Part shown: piece after piece, positions 11,998 through 25,012 of the stretch
Numbering within the stretch: position 1 is the first letter of the stretch
Layout of the letters: every line of letters begins with the position of its first letter
NCBI GenBank assembly: GCA_027604505.1
Contig: JADIIX010000004.1
Location: forward strand, 1-64,000
Direction of reading: 5' to 3'
From: Gonapodya sp. JEL0774
Taxonomy: Eukaryota
Length of the DNA stretch: 64,000 nucleotides
Notes under the pieces: model-generated
What the model saw: only the letters and a program-made list of their open reading frames with translations
Databases searched by the model: none
Told to the model about the DNA's origin: nothing
Position numbers and translations under genes: made by a program

Positions 11998-13599
11998 ATG
12001 GCATCGGAAGGCGCGAATGGACGTCTTCTAGAGGCCATCGAGGCTAACAATTTGGAGGAAGTTACGGCTGCAATCAAGGATGGAGCTGATGTCCGTCTGG
12101 CTCGAAAGCGAATCACGCTTGTCGTACATATTGACGGGAAAGTCAACGCAGAGTCCGCATATGGGGAAGGTACGATGGCGCTTGCAATCAGAGGAGGTAA
12201 CTACGGAATTGTGGAAGCGTTGCTGGCGGCAGGTGAGTGTGGGATGAACGACGTGTGCATGGGGTTCCCCATTTGGATAAATGTGAGGAGCATCCCAAGC
12301 GGGATCAATCAATACTCCACGAACGCTCCGCGAATTGTATCGCGTATAATTTGCGCTTGCCCATTTTCTTGGCACGTGGATGAATTCGAGATTTCTCGCA
12401 CAACTGTGCGATGGGTTTCCAAAATCTCTGTGCCATTCCCTCCGCAAAGCGCACTTAATGTCCAGACGACATTTCTCAAAGTAATTTGCTCCTCTTGGTC
12501 GGCTAGATTACGACCCTAACAGTCCCATTGAGTGGAAATTCCCCGCATACCCGCTCGTACCCCCTTGGACACAACTGCGATGGGACCACCAAACGCGATG
12601 GAACTCTACCGCGCCCTTTTCTTCTCTTCTGGATTTCGCCCTAGCCAGCGGTGACGGCTGGGCATTCAACAAACGCGGCGCTAATATCACCGTCACTGAT
12701 CCTTTGAAGTTCAGTGATGTGTGCGATACCTACACCCTTCAACCAAGTCTCGACGTAATACGGCTTCTCATTCTGCACAATGCGCGAATTGACAAGACTG
12801 AATTCAAAACTCGGGCTAAATCCCCCCTCGATCGAAAGGGCCAGTCTTATGACGAATACTTTACACAGCAACAGATGGAAGCAATTGCCCGTGCTGCTAA
12901 AGTTGATCCTGACGCCATATCGCTGGCGCAGTCGCTGGCTGATCAGACAAAAGTCGTTGACGAGATGCGTCGGCAGCTAGCAGATTATCGTGAGCGAATA
13001 TGGGACCTGGAGAAGGAACGAAATGGCTGGGTCAAGTATAAACAAGCACTGGAGCGGGATGTTATGGAAGCGAAGACGATGCTCTCTTCTATGGGAAAGG
13101 CGAAGGGTGAAAATGAAACGGCGTTGAGGAGGCAAATAGAGACTCTGACGGCAACTCAAGGAGAGCACGAAGCTCTGATTGCGCAACAGCGAGAGCAGAT
13201 ATCCATGCTTACGCAGCAGGCCGCGGAGGCTGACTCTCTCCGAAGACAGCTCGCGGACGCTCGCCGACCATTCAGTAGGGCTTCCACCATATTCCGACCT
13301 GGGCGGCGTGGAGTGGAGTCGCCCCTGTTTGCACCATCTCTCCCTCCAATCACTCCGGCTAAGGAGATGGAGATAACACCCAGGTTGGGTGGCCCAGAAA
13401 GTCAAGTTCCCATGCAAGTGGCGCCTGATGCTGCAAAGCCAGATAGTTCTGCAAAGTGAGCGATGACCTATCTATTCCTCTCTCTTTCATATTTTACCGA
13501 GCGATTCGTGTTCTTCTTCTCAGTCCTACAGAAGCGGCGGAGCGGGAGGCTGGATGTTGTATACCGATCTCCCGATTCAGATTCAGATCGGGGGTGTGA
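11998..13599 (+). CDS. Atypical ankyrin-repeat plus coiled-coil protein
   Basis: LLEAIEANNLEEVTAAIKDGAD, ALAIRGGNYGIVEALLAA, LDVIRLLILHNARI, then a long heptad-rich region. The predicted last exon ends GCCIPISRFRFRSGV. Confidence 0.8.
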
Positions 13600-13974
13600 C
13601 TGTATAAGCGAAAGATATCACAAGGATCAGGGGGATGTTGATTTGCACTATATTGGAATGCATCATTCACTTTGGGAGAGGTGGCAATTACCGCAGGCCG
13701 GTGCATTGCATGCAGTATCTAGATACCCGGATAACTTATTCTGGGCTGACTACTCGCAGCTTTCCAACAACCATGCTTTGCTGCTGCACATGCAATTTGA
13801 TGATTATCTACGTATCAAACTACATTACAAGCGCCTACTTGTTGCTGTGGACTTATGGACTCCACCGCGGGGTCGTCTAAATTTTCACTCAATCGTTCTC
13901 TATAAACATGAAAGTACATGGGTTTTATCGGCAGTTACCTTCTTTTCTGGTCTATTCGCGTGTTTGTCCGGTTC

Positions 13975-15404
13975 TCAAAGTCTCGCTGTTATCGGGACTT
14001 CCACACGTAACCCCTTCAGTCGCATTGCCCGAGTCACTGCGTCCCAATACTCCCGAGGAAATACAACTCCATGTTGCACGTGGGGGGATGCTGCCCCAAA
14101 TTGGTGATGAAGGATTATGGGTTCAGGAAGCACCGTAGGACTACCGTGCGGCTGAGCGTAGGTTGAGGTGCAAAGAACTCGGGGGAGTACAGATGTGTGA
14201 AAATGCGTGACCATCGACGATTTTCTGCGTGGTGAGAGGGTGTGAGGTATGAAGGTCTCAAGTTTGATCTCCGCTGCGATGGCCGACATACATTAAAAGG
14301 TCTCCGTCACCGTACAAGAAGAGCCTTGGAACATCCCGCCTCACAACCACCACGGACTCTCGTTTTCCGTTGAAATCAACTTCCACTGCTCCGCAGATTG
14401 AGTCAATACCCTCTTTTCCGAAGCTTGACCTGGCAACTCCCTTTGGTAAACCAACAAGAGAGATTGCCAGTCGCAAATAAGAAAGAAGAGGGCGCAGTGT
14501 AGCTGAAAGAGCAAGAGCAATAGAGGGGGTGAGAGGATGTTTCGGTAGACCGAGAACGGGCGTGAGAAAGTTGGTGAACGACCTAATGAGAGGCAATTGA
14601 TGGGTTTGGAAGATCGGCAGGTTCCCATTGAGCATTCATAAGTGCACCTAGTGGCTTCAAAGTTCCAAGGCGCTGCTATCTCTTGGATCACTCTCTCTAC
14701 GGTCCAGCGTCGTGTATCATCCAGATCGTCCCTCCAAGAAGGAGCGGAGTCGACCACCCAGAGTCGCAAATCCGCGAATCTCAAACCTCTGTTTGTAATG
14801 GACCGCAGCAGAATAGAGGAAGAATGGAGTCCTCCCATGGAGAATGAATGAAAAACAGTCGGGCTTGAAGAAGACGGCGGTGGTTGTGACAGTGGAACAT
14901 CGAGTTTCGTAAATACGAGGGGTGTGTTCGAGAGGAGATACTCGGCGATTGGATCAAACTGTTCTGATTCATGCATCGTCATTCAGCAGCTCGCTCCTCC
15001 TCCCCTCACAAGAGCTTCACCTTTTTGACAAGAGCGTCAATATTATACAACGAGAATGAGAATGCAAGGCTCGCTGGCCCAATTATCCTGCCAGATATGT
15101 GACAAGATCTGAATCTGGAGTTTTGAGTTATGAAATTTGTATCGCTCACATCAGAATGTTATAACTCCGTCGCGAATAGAATTCCGCCTGAATTGTAATC
15201 GTGTGAGTAATCAGGTAAAAGAGCGATGACTTGAAGCAGGCGGATTTCACCGTGATAACAGACGTATTTCGAAAGAAGTCGGAGAGAACTACCCGTCCAA
15301 CCGAACAAGACCACGAGGGGTTGATCCCGACCTGCATGATGGAAATATGCAGTATCATTTGAGCCGATTGCTATTATTTCCGCAGGGTTGAGCACAGGTG
15401 CCAT
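13975..15404 (-). CDS. DUF829/TMEM53-like alpha/beta-hydrolase-fold protein
   Basis: VVLFGWTG..LSKY, FHSFSMGG, VVDSAP, LFLYGDGD, SPHVQH...EYW across GT-AG-joined exons. Confidence 0.8.
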
Positions 15405-15753
15405 TAAGAATCTGAACGGTAAGGTTCCGGTTGAGAGTGCTTCCGAAGTCGATCGGCTTGCTTTGGCTGGGCTGTGTATGGGATCAAATAAAGTCTCCAC
15501 AAAACTAAGCTCCACAATGCTCGCAATGATGCCTTCCTCGGCTATTCATCGAAAAAGTGAACCAGGATTCCACTTGCCCTAGAGTCAAAATCGTGTTCGC
15601 TCCCCTCGGTGCGAATGATCGCATAGCAATCTGACGTCTTGTCCTATTGATCCGACTTATGAGACAACTCTCGCTAGGTCTCCGGGATGCAAACGGTTGA
15701 AATGAATGCAGGAAACTCTTGGGTCGGCCTCGCGGGCTTGCTTTAGTTCTCCG

Positions 15754-16610
15754 TCACACAAATTCATTCACCTTCATATCAAGTGCATCTTTCTTCTGAC
15801 TTTCTCCGTTTTTGCTACCAGAACCTTCCCTTAAAGCCTGAAAGTAGCAGGAAAAATGTTGCAATGAAGAGCGATGTGCAACGCGTTCGAATGACGCGTC
15901 AAAGAAAAGGGGTACAATCACGTCTAATTTGGGGATTGGAACTATGAATATGACGTTTTCAAGAAACAGCGCTGGGCAGAGCAAAGAAGAATCCGTATTT
16001 CCCGTGAAACCTGCAGTTGTGCCCCTTGAAGCCACCAACGACCTTCTGCTCCACCCAGAAAAATTGTTTGATCACTGTGTAAGGCGATTTTGGCACTGTG
16101 CAGTGGTTCATTGCTGCCAACCACCGGAGTCCTCCTCATAAAGTCACATTCGAGTTGCATTGTTTCTCAAAGAAGGGCCGCTGTACCTCATACTTACAGA
16201 AACACTTCCAGGTTGATGCTTCGCCTGCAATAACATACTTATACAAAGTTCTTGAGCTACTTCTTTTCGATCCTCTGAATTTGCGTGATTTGCGCAAATA
16301 ACATCGTCATACAAGATCTCGAGTATATATGAAGAAACTACATCGGGAATGTGGTTCTCGGAGATACTGTTTTGCTAGGGACTGTGACTCGACGATTAGC
16401 AGGGGGTTGTAGACGTATTCGGGGTGCAGATAGACAAGTGATGACGACAATCATAAAAAGAGAATCTACGAGCGGAAAAGGGCTTCCCCCATTATTCTTG
16501 AATAGTACCTTCTCTTTATACGTGAAGCTTGTCGCGTCGCGCACACCACAGTTAATACGTGACTGTACTTCTGGGTTCCTACCTACTGCCCATGTCCCCA
16601 CGTCAAGCTA
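15754..16610 (-). CDS. Possible hypothetical multi-exon gene (weak resemblance to a PWI-like/CCDC43 N-terminus)
   Basis: Splice-flanked open exon QNSISENHIPDVVSSYILEILYDD...EDRKEVAQELC and a terminal exon ALREGSGSK...EFV*. The full model is not resolved. Confidence 0.3.
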
Positions 16611-16982
16611 GACGACAATCAAACACAATGTTGTGTTCATTTTAAGTAGATTGCGGACCCTGACGAACACATCAACCACCACAAAGTACGTAAATTAGTC
16701 AATCGTGGTCAAAAAGTGTACCAATACAGAAGATCTTTGTGAATCCGGAGCAAGACCTGAAATCGGTCTCAGCTTGGTCACCTAAAACTAATATGAAAGG
16801 TGGCCCTCTCTATAGCAAAGGGCATGGATGCGCAGTATGTCTGTCCAGTATAAATTGATTACGTCCGCATCCTATTCCTCAATTTCATCATGCCATTTGA
16901 GGCATCAGCCACCTTTCTGTTGTTATTAACCGGACTCTGTCACCAAGAAGACTCTCTCCCAATCACCCAATTCTGCTCAACA

Positions 16983-19900
16983 TTAATCGTGGGCATCAGG
17001 TTCACTTCCTGATGTTGCCCTTGGACCGCCAGGTTTGAACAGATTGGCGTTCGCGGCCACGTGCAACTTTTCTGCTGGATGCGCGGCCCATGGATTTGGT
17101 CTACCACCACCACCCATGTCAAAATCGAGTGGAGGAAGATCTACGGCTCCCAAATCCTCTGAAAATGACGATCTCAAGGACTGAGTGCTCACTGCATTTG
17201 TGGTCCGGATGCTTTCCGGTGCCGCGGGCCGAAGCGAAACGGAGCGGAGCGAGTGGACAACGCTTATGCTCTCGCTCTGCCTACGCCCGATCCCCATTGC
17301 ACTGGGTGTGATTGTCGCACCCGAAGCAAAGGATGCGACTGATGGTGTCGGTACCGAATACGCCGAAGCACCGTCACCGTACAGGGCCATGAGGGATGGA
17401 CTCCGGTCTGTCTTGGGAAAGAGGTTCGCGAAATCGAATGGAGAGGACAAGCTTCCGGTATCCGGGGTCGCGGACGTAGATTCAATCAAAGAAACTGGAT
17501 TTGGGGTAACAACTGCGGAGCTGTTTTGTGGTTGTTCGCTCGAAGGGGCCTGCAGAGCCGGCGACACAAGTCCTCCTTGACCGTCCTTTGAAGGGAGGGC
17601 AGAGACACACGCCATGGGGAAAGCGCCAGAAACACCTGAAGCAACATGGAAGCCGGTACTCCAGCCTGGCGAAATGTTAAACGGATGATCAACATCGATC
17701 ATCATTGTCAAGCACCGCTGAACCCACCGTCCGCAAACGCGAAGTTAACAAACACAAGATCGCCAATCGCTAGCCTGAGTTCATCCTCATATTGTGGTAG
17801 AAAAGTCGAGACACAATACATTACTCGGTGCACTGGTACTGGTGGCTCAGACTGATTTGAACCGTCGGTCATTGCAGCAGACGTGTCCGAGACAGGAGGA
17901 GGTGGGGACACGGTAGAAAGCGCAGGGGGCGGGGACACTGAAGAAACTAAAGAAGGGCCTGGAAGCGGGCCAGATACCGCTTCAACTGTGCTGTCCAAGT
18001 GCCCTGTGTTTCCAGAACTGCGACGGCGTCTGGAGTCACGGGATTTGCTTCGATTGTAATTGCGGCCGGAGTCCCCGGACTTGGATCGAGAGTGGCCGGA
18101 GTCACCAGATTTGGTTCGTGCGTGACCAGGCACCGAGCGCCGCCGTCCTTCCTTCTCCTGAGATACGTCCTCCGGAGCCTCTCTCTCCAAACTCCGGGAT
18201 CCAGTTTCAATTTCTGGTTCTGGATCACGCCACGCTAATGAGGTAGGTCTCGAGGCGGGACGCTGAGGAGGTGGTGGTGAGAAATTTTGTGCTGACGACG
18301 TAATCGAAGGTACCCGGTTTGGGGTGGAAGAGTGGGTACCCGATGGTGACACATTTCCCGAATTGACTGCAGTATTCTTCAAATCGGTTCCGCTTAGCCT
18401 TCTCCCCGACGAGCCAATTTCAGATGCTTGCCCATCATTGCTGAAGATCTTCTTGTCCCCGCCCATTGCGTTAGCGTGTGCGGGCTCGCTCTGAGATGAT
18501 GTCCCAGTCACACCATTCCCACTGACTTCTGCGAGTGCAACTGTTGCACGCAGGGATTTAGCGCGGGAGGCAGCTACAGCCAACTCTCTGGAGTCCATAA
18601 AGGTGATTGAGTCTGCTGCTGGGGTTCCCGACTCCACGACCGCGGACGCAACGGATCGGCCAGGGCTCGCGACAAACGATGGTGGAGGAAGAATGGACGG
18701 ATTAGGACTGGGAGCTATCCTCGGCGAGTGTTTGGGGGTGGTGGCACCTTCTCTGTCTCTCTCGCGATCCCGATCCCCCGACTTGTTCAAGCTGCCTAAG
18801 CTCCCAATTTTCAGACTGCCAAATCTCCTTTCAGCTTCAAGCTCTACAATGCGGGATTCGCGATCGCGCAACATGGCACGCAAACGGTCAAGCTCTTCCT
18901 CGAGCACTCGAACACGGCGCCGCTCTGTCTCCAATGCGCCATCCCGGTCAAAATCGGTTTGCAATGCTTGAGTTTGATCACTGTGGTTGGACTGATTCGA
19001 GTAATAAGAAGTTTGGGGAGGTGGTGGCGAGAGAAGGGACGATCGGGACGAAACGTGGGAAAGATGAGCGGGGATGGCATTGGGGAACAAGGTGCTGAAC
19101 GAAGGCCCCAGAGGGGTTGGAGATGCTGGGGATGCCGTCGCTGAGTGTCCCATGTTAGTCGGAGGAGGTGTCGGCGAGGGACGAATGTTTGATGATGAGG
19201 GAGCGGACCACGTCGCGGAATTTCGATAAGATTTTTCGCCACCCGGTGAGTTTTGCCGGATATCAGTTGGTGAAAGAAAATCGGAGGAGTATAAGCGTGT
19301 GAAAGAACCAGGTCGTGGGGGAACTGGCGAGGTGGAGAGGTATGCCGAGGCAGACGCTGCAGAATGAGCCGATACGAGAGCCTCTGCACCCGAAACCGAC
19401 GTAATGGTGGTGTTTGCTGATGGAAGACCAGTCATACTACGAGCTTTTCGAAGAGTGAGAGGGCGGGCAGGATTTCGCATTGCAGAGGTGATTCGATCCA
19501 GCGCAGCTTGGGTTCCTCCAAGGGAGACAGCGCGCTGGTGTTCCTCGAGTTCTACAAGAAACTCAGGAAGGGGTGGACTGCCAATTGCCGGCCGGTCACG
19601 AAGTCTTACTGCTGCTCGGAGAGTTGAGTCTGAAACACGGGCTCCATGTTTCAGAAGGAGTCGGACAATGTCAAGATTGGGCGTACATGTCCAACGACCC
19701 CAAACATGCCCAAATCCGACAGCAGGGTTTTCAAAGCTGACAACGGCGCCTGGACGGTTGAATATTTTGTTGGGCTCATCGTGCAGGGCGAAGTCAAGGG
19801 CCGAAGGAAAGTAGGTGCGCGTGGTTGATCCAGACCAGCGAGAAGCCCAATCCTCGAGTGACCAGTTCTTCCAGGCAGCTGGAACGGCATAGTCCACGGG

Positions 19901-20366
19901 GTCATTAGGATCGAGGCCTATGTCAGGTTGAGAAGTACGTATTCAAGAATTTTATTAGCGATGCGTTCGAACCAGGTACTCCAGAGTTACCCAGCAAGAC
20001 TCCATTTGATAACACACCAGCCTCCAGGAGAATCCTGACAATGTGCTGCCTGCCAGCTCGAATCGCGAGACACAGTGCGCTTTCGGCTGGTCTCTCGTCT
20101 GTTTTTGTTTCACCGAACTTGAACTTGACCGTGAGCACGACTCGTTTTCTGGCACCCGGATCCGCCCCATCACTAATTGCCTTCTGCACTGCCGAAAAAT
20201 GACCGGTTTCAACGGCTATAATGAGTCTTGCATCTGGATCCAAATTGGATTGCTTCACTGGAAGGGCCCTTGCAGAGGTCTTTGGATCTGTGAGCTGCGA
20301 AGTTGAAGACTCTGAAGAGGATGTCCACTGTCCGGAAGCCGAGTGCGGTCCGGAATCCCTCAACAT
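16983..20366 (-). CDS. Atypical ankyrin + coiled-coil + SH3 scaffold protein
   Basis: ARKRVVL, SALCLAIRAGRQHIVRILLEAG, PNLDIVRLLLKHGARV, then a coiled coil. The SH3 domain EDELRLAIGDLVFV..DG|WSTG..GAFP is split by an intron. Confidence 0.85.
18522..18610 (-). repeat. Copy 1 of an 89-bp inverted repeat (inside the ankyrin-SH3 exon)
   Basis: Reverse complement matches 21791-21879 at 83 of 89 positions (manual alignment). Confidence 0.95.
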
Positions 20367-21790
20367 CGTCTGTGCGGTTGGTTACTGTTATGGTCCCCTC
20401 CGAGTCCGACAACCGTTCCAGCCCGGCACGATTACACTTCCTCAAGTTACGACTCAGCTGCGACAGTCCAGCTGGAAGGAAACGGGAGTCTCTGTTGCAA
20501 TATCTGGTCCCTGTTCAGGTTCTCTTACACCTGCGTGCGCACAAATGGATGTGGCGCTTTGCTGCTCGCTAAAAGTCCTAACCGGCAGAGGCATATAACG
20601 ATAGCTACTCCTAAAAATGTAATACATGAGTCTCAAAGAGTCTGAAGTCTCTGGCTGGTCCTTGTGGAATTTGAGTAGGGTAGGAAGTGGACCTCTCACA
20701 GATTAATCGATAAGCAGCTCGAAAGTAAGTGGAGTTCGGCGGGCGAGGTGTTCGAACGTGAGCAGTACCGGCTTACAATGTGCGATCTCGTGGTCTCCGT
20801 TAGGTGGAACCCCCAAAAGCACCGTTTCCTCGCCTTCTTGCAGCATTCAGAAAATCTGACGACAGGATCAATGGAAAGCTCATCATCACACTGTTGAGGA
20901 GATACCGTCCACCAAAACCTGGACGTCGTGTCTCAAACTTTTGTCAAAGCACGCCGCTTCCTATTTTCCGGAAGCTTCCATGTCCGGAGAGACAATTTGA
21001 GCCATCTTCTTTTCTCCCAGGCCGCAGAACGTAATTGCTGCGTGTAGTCACATATAGAACGTTCTGTACCTTGCAACAGTAAATTCTCGCTTTATTCCGA
21101 AATCAATATATCAGCTGCACAGAAGAACGATTTGATCAACAATTATAATAGAGGAGGGTTGGTTCCAGTGGAGTACGCAGAACTTCAAAGAACCTCCCTC
21201 TTTTATATTTTGCTCTCTCTGCACAGACCGGGAATGCAAGCTCACCGCACTACACCGCTCCACAGAGCTCGTCAAAATTCGATGTCCTCAGTCCCTACAA
21301 GGAACACGAGCAGGACGGGACGTGGAACAGAAATGAACCACCACGTGTGACACGGTAACAAACTCGCCAGATCTTGTCGATTCCAAAACTGTGCGACGCG
21401 CGGTGTTTGCACCGACGGTTGGCCCTGGTGGGAACGCTGGGGCAGGTGCGGATGAGAAGGGGGTGAGAGTGGAAAGTAAACGACCACCACGTGCGACACC
21501 GATGCAAGATACAAACTCGGATCCGAGCAGAAGTGACACAATGGGTGTAGTGATCGCTCCGATAAATGGCTACACCATATAACAACACAAAGTGCTCATA
21601 TGAATTAGAAACAAAGCGCAGAGAGCCCAAGCAAAAGCGAATGCTCTTAGTTTAATTCAATCCACTGATTTCAGTCCAATACAGTCCCTAGAACGCTTGC
21701 TCACCAGCGACGAGGTAGAAAATTACCTGCTGAATGGATAAAAGATATTTGACATGGATGGACCGTGCACGTTTTATATTGCCATACTCG

Positions 21791-21879
21791 TCAACCACCG
21801 TTGTGGACTCCGGAGAGTTGGCTGCAGCTGCCTCCCGCGCTAAATCACTGCGTGCAACAGTTGCACTCGCAGAAGTCAG
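21791..21879 (+). repeat. Copy 2 of the 89-bp inverted repeat (intergenic gene-fragment duplicate)
   Basis: tcaaccaccgttgtggactcc...gcagaagtcag, encoding the same SRAKSLRATVALAEV peptide seen in ORF 17708-19897. Confidence 0.95.
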
Positions 21880-22632
21880 AAAGGTGAGTCTCGCTCTTGG
21901 ACAAGCCCTGGCCCCCTTGGCTTCCGTCTGTTCAAGTGGACCTGCATCTGCACTCCACTTATCCAATATGATGATTCGCCGACTCTTACAAGTGTCTGGC
22001 AGTAGAACGGCCAACATATTTTCGGGAGTTCCTTGATGGAGCTCTTTGATGATGACCATCATACACCAACCAATTGCTGATTGGAAAGGAATCCAGGGAT
22101 GCGACGCTGATTCGCAACAGTCTCATATGATAATCGCTGCGGATCCGAATTCATCTGTTCTTTTCCCCCAGTAGACTCTGGCGCTCTTTCGCAATGAGCA
22201 AAAACCAACAACAACTCTCGCGATTAGGTGTGTAATTTACGTTTGAACCTACAAAGGTGATGTGATGTCAATCGTGCTCTCTCTTCAACATCAACATCCA
22301 TTCATTGTTATAGCTAACCTCCGAACCTGCATGGCCAACTGTTTACCTGTTTAGGAGGATATGCTAAAAGTCCGCGAGCTTTTATCGTCCACCATTTGTA
22401 AGCATTGGAATTTACAACCAGAGTAGAAATAGTAAGCACTGGGATGGTAAGTTTCTATCATGTATTTGAAAGATTACATGGTAAACTTGCAAATAAAATT
22501 GAGAATGGTCGATTACATTTGTGGTTGGGCGGTCGGGTGTGCTGTGCCGATGACCGATCTGACAAAACAATTTCATTGAGAATCCCATCCTTATCAATCC
22601 TTCGACACTGAAACCCTAAAACAAACTACGAA

Positions 22633-24546
22633 ATGACTGTTGACTCAAACCCATCCTCCGAGGTTATCAAGGAAGCGCTGAAGACAGTCCAAGAACTTGC
22701 TAAAGAGCGGAATGATGACCCGGCCAACCCCAAGGTGAATTGCGAGGGTATACGAGCGTGAAAACTAAATGTACCTCTGATATCTGATATTGTGTGTGTT
22801 AGGTTCACGTTCCGCCTGCCTGGCAGCAGATGGAGCAAGAAGTGTTTGGCGGTTATCGACAAGCATTGGGTACAAGTGAGTACTTTTTGTGAATCTTTCG
22901 CACTTAAGAACACGAGACGGTTCGCAACACTTCAGTAATATGTATGGTTTACAATACCGACTCCATCCATCATAGTTTACGAGACTGCATTACCACAGCC
23001 AGATTACGCATCAAGGCTCACTGCATTCCGGCAGATGTCAGTGATTTGGCATGCATAAACATGGAGAACCTGCGATTAATTCTCCCAATGGTTCTACCAC
23101 AGGCTGGCTGCTGCTCCCAGCCCGCCCATTCTGGAAGGCATCAAAATAACTCCAATCACGATCCCCCGCTCTTCTCTTGCGGGGCTTACTGAGACTGTCA
23201 TACCAGGGGATACGGTCGCCGCCGAATGGGTTGAGACTGTGGATGAATCAGAAAAGAAGGGTGTGATTGTGTACATCCACGGAGGTGACCACCCAACAAA
23301 CGCAGTAGCGATATCAACTTATTCTGAGACGTGGGTACTCTTCCTTACTTAGGCGCCATGACAATTGGAACTGCGGAATCGAACCGAGGGAGCACTCAAG
23401 AAATGGCTCTGCAGGGATTCAAAGTCCTCACTGTCGACTGTACGTTTGCACGGTTTTTGTGCGACATGCGCATTCTTGATACTAAGATTGAACTATATGC
23501 AGATCGCTTGAGTCCGGAAGTTCAATTCCCATCTGCACTTGTTGACTGTGTAAACGCCTACAACTGGCGTAAGTGACCAGATAGATTTCTTCTCGCTTTC
23601 GCCGACGTCAGTATCTAACGAATCACGATCAAACAATCGATTTTACCATCTCAGTCCTGAAGGAAAACGGAACTCCAGCCTCTAAAATTATCGTATCGGG
23701 TGATTCAGCCGGCGGTAACCTTACCATAGCGCTATCGTACTATTTACGGGATCATGGAATTCCGCTGCCAGCAGGCATTGCACCACTTACCCCTTGGGTT
23801 GACTTCACTTTCTCCGCACCTGCAGTGAAATCTAAGAACCCTGGGTTTTATGCCTGTATGCTAGCAAAGGTTAGGCCTGACGCCAATGGATGGTTACAGG
23901 ATAGTGTGAAAGGCTATGTCGGTGACTACCCAAACCAAGCGAAAGACGAAAAGCTTGTGAACCAGCTCTTGGATGATGTCAACCCAGAAAAGCACTTGCC
24001 ACCGATTTTGGTGAGTTTACTTGATCAGTGAACGGGATGCATTCACTAAGCTTTCGAAATTGTTGTTGGCAGCTTTCTACAGGAACGGTGGACCGCCTAT
24101 TGTCTGAAACACTCGCGTTCTTTATAAAGCGCGCACAAGGAGGGGAAGCGGCGCATCTCTATGTCTCTGAAAACGGCCCCCACGTGAGCGCTGCTGCTTT
24201 AACCTGAAACCTGTCTAATGAAGTCTTGTACTAACTGCTGTCCCGCTTTGCAAAGGATTTCCAAATTGCTATCGGCACCCCGGCGTCAAAGCAGTTCTTC
24301 AAAGCATTCGGCCAGTTTGCCAGAGATGTGATTGACAAGACCCCGGCAGTGTCGAAGAGCACGTTTACGTTTGTCTCGGCGGGACCTAAGTTGGATTACT
24401 CGATTCAACACAGTCTGAGTGTACAAGACGCTAAAGCTTACTTGAGTGGATTGATCGATCTGGTGAAGGAGGAGGGTCCTTCGTATGACGGCGGCAGTGA
24501 GCAGGTGAGTTGGTGTGACCAGATTGCTGTGTCACGAGCTTGTTGA
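22633..24546 (+). CDS. Hormone-sensitive-lipase family alpha/beta hydrolase (Abhydrolase_3)
   Basis: VYIHG|GA, D-Y-RLSPE..FP, SGDSAGGNL, PWVD, GTVDRL and ENGPH|DFQ give the oxyanion hole and the Ser-Asp-His triad. The 3' end is approximate. Confidence 0.9.
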
Positions 24547-25012
24547 CGTGCAAATATCCTTGTTTTCCACACTTTAAGATCTATGTGAAACTTGCTGCGT
24601 AATCGTGTCAAGTGGGACGTGAATTGGCAGGGCAAAACTTTGTGTATCTGTGTGACATTTTTTAGTAATAAGATCTCTATGTGATCCTGTCCACTGACTG
24701 GAGTCTCAGGGGATATGAAAATTGAGATCTTATTGATTTCACAAAACGTCTTGGTTACCGATTTGCACCATGCGATTCTAGGAATTGAGTAATAAATATT
24801 GAAATTAGCCGTGGGCAGATTCAACATATGTCTGATTGTGATATTCTCAAAAAATACATTTAACTTATGTTCAAAAACAAGCTATGGTTGGTACCACTCA
24901 GCGTCAATAAGGTTAAGTCAATGAAGTGCATATCTCATCAATGGCACACTGAACATATCAAAAACCAAACAAAATGGCCGATCAAAACAGTGAACCAACG
25001 ATGTGATCGTCG

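Noticed and set aside
13463..14107. 214-aa plus-strand ORF
   Set aside because: Overlaps an intron and last exon of the ankyrin gene and the antisense end of DUF829, with no motifs.
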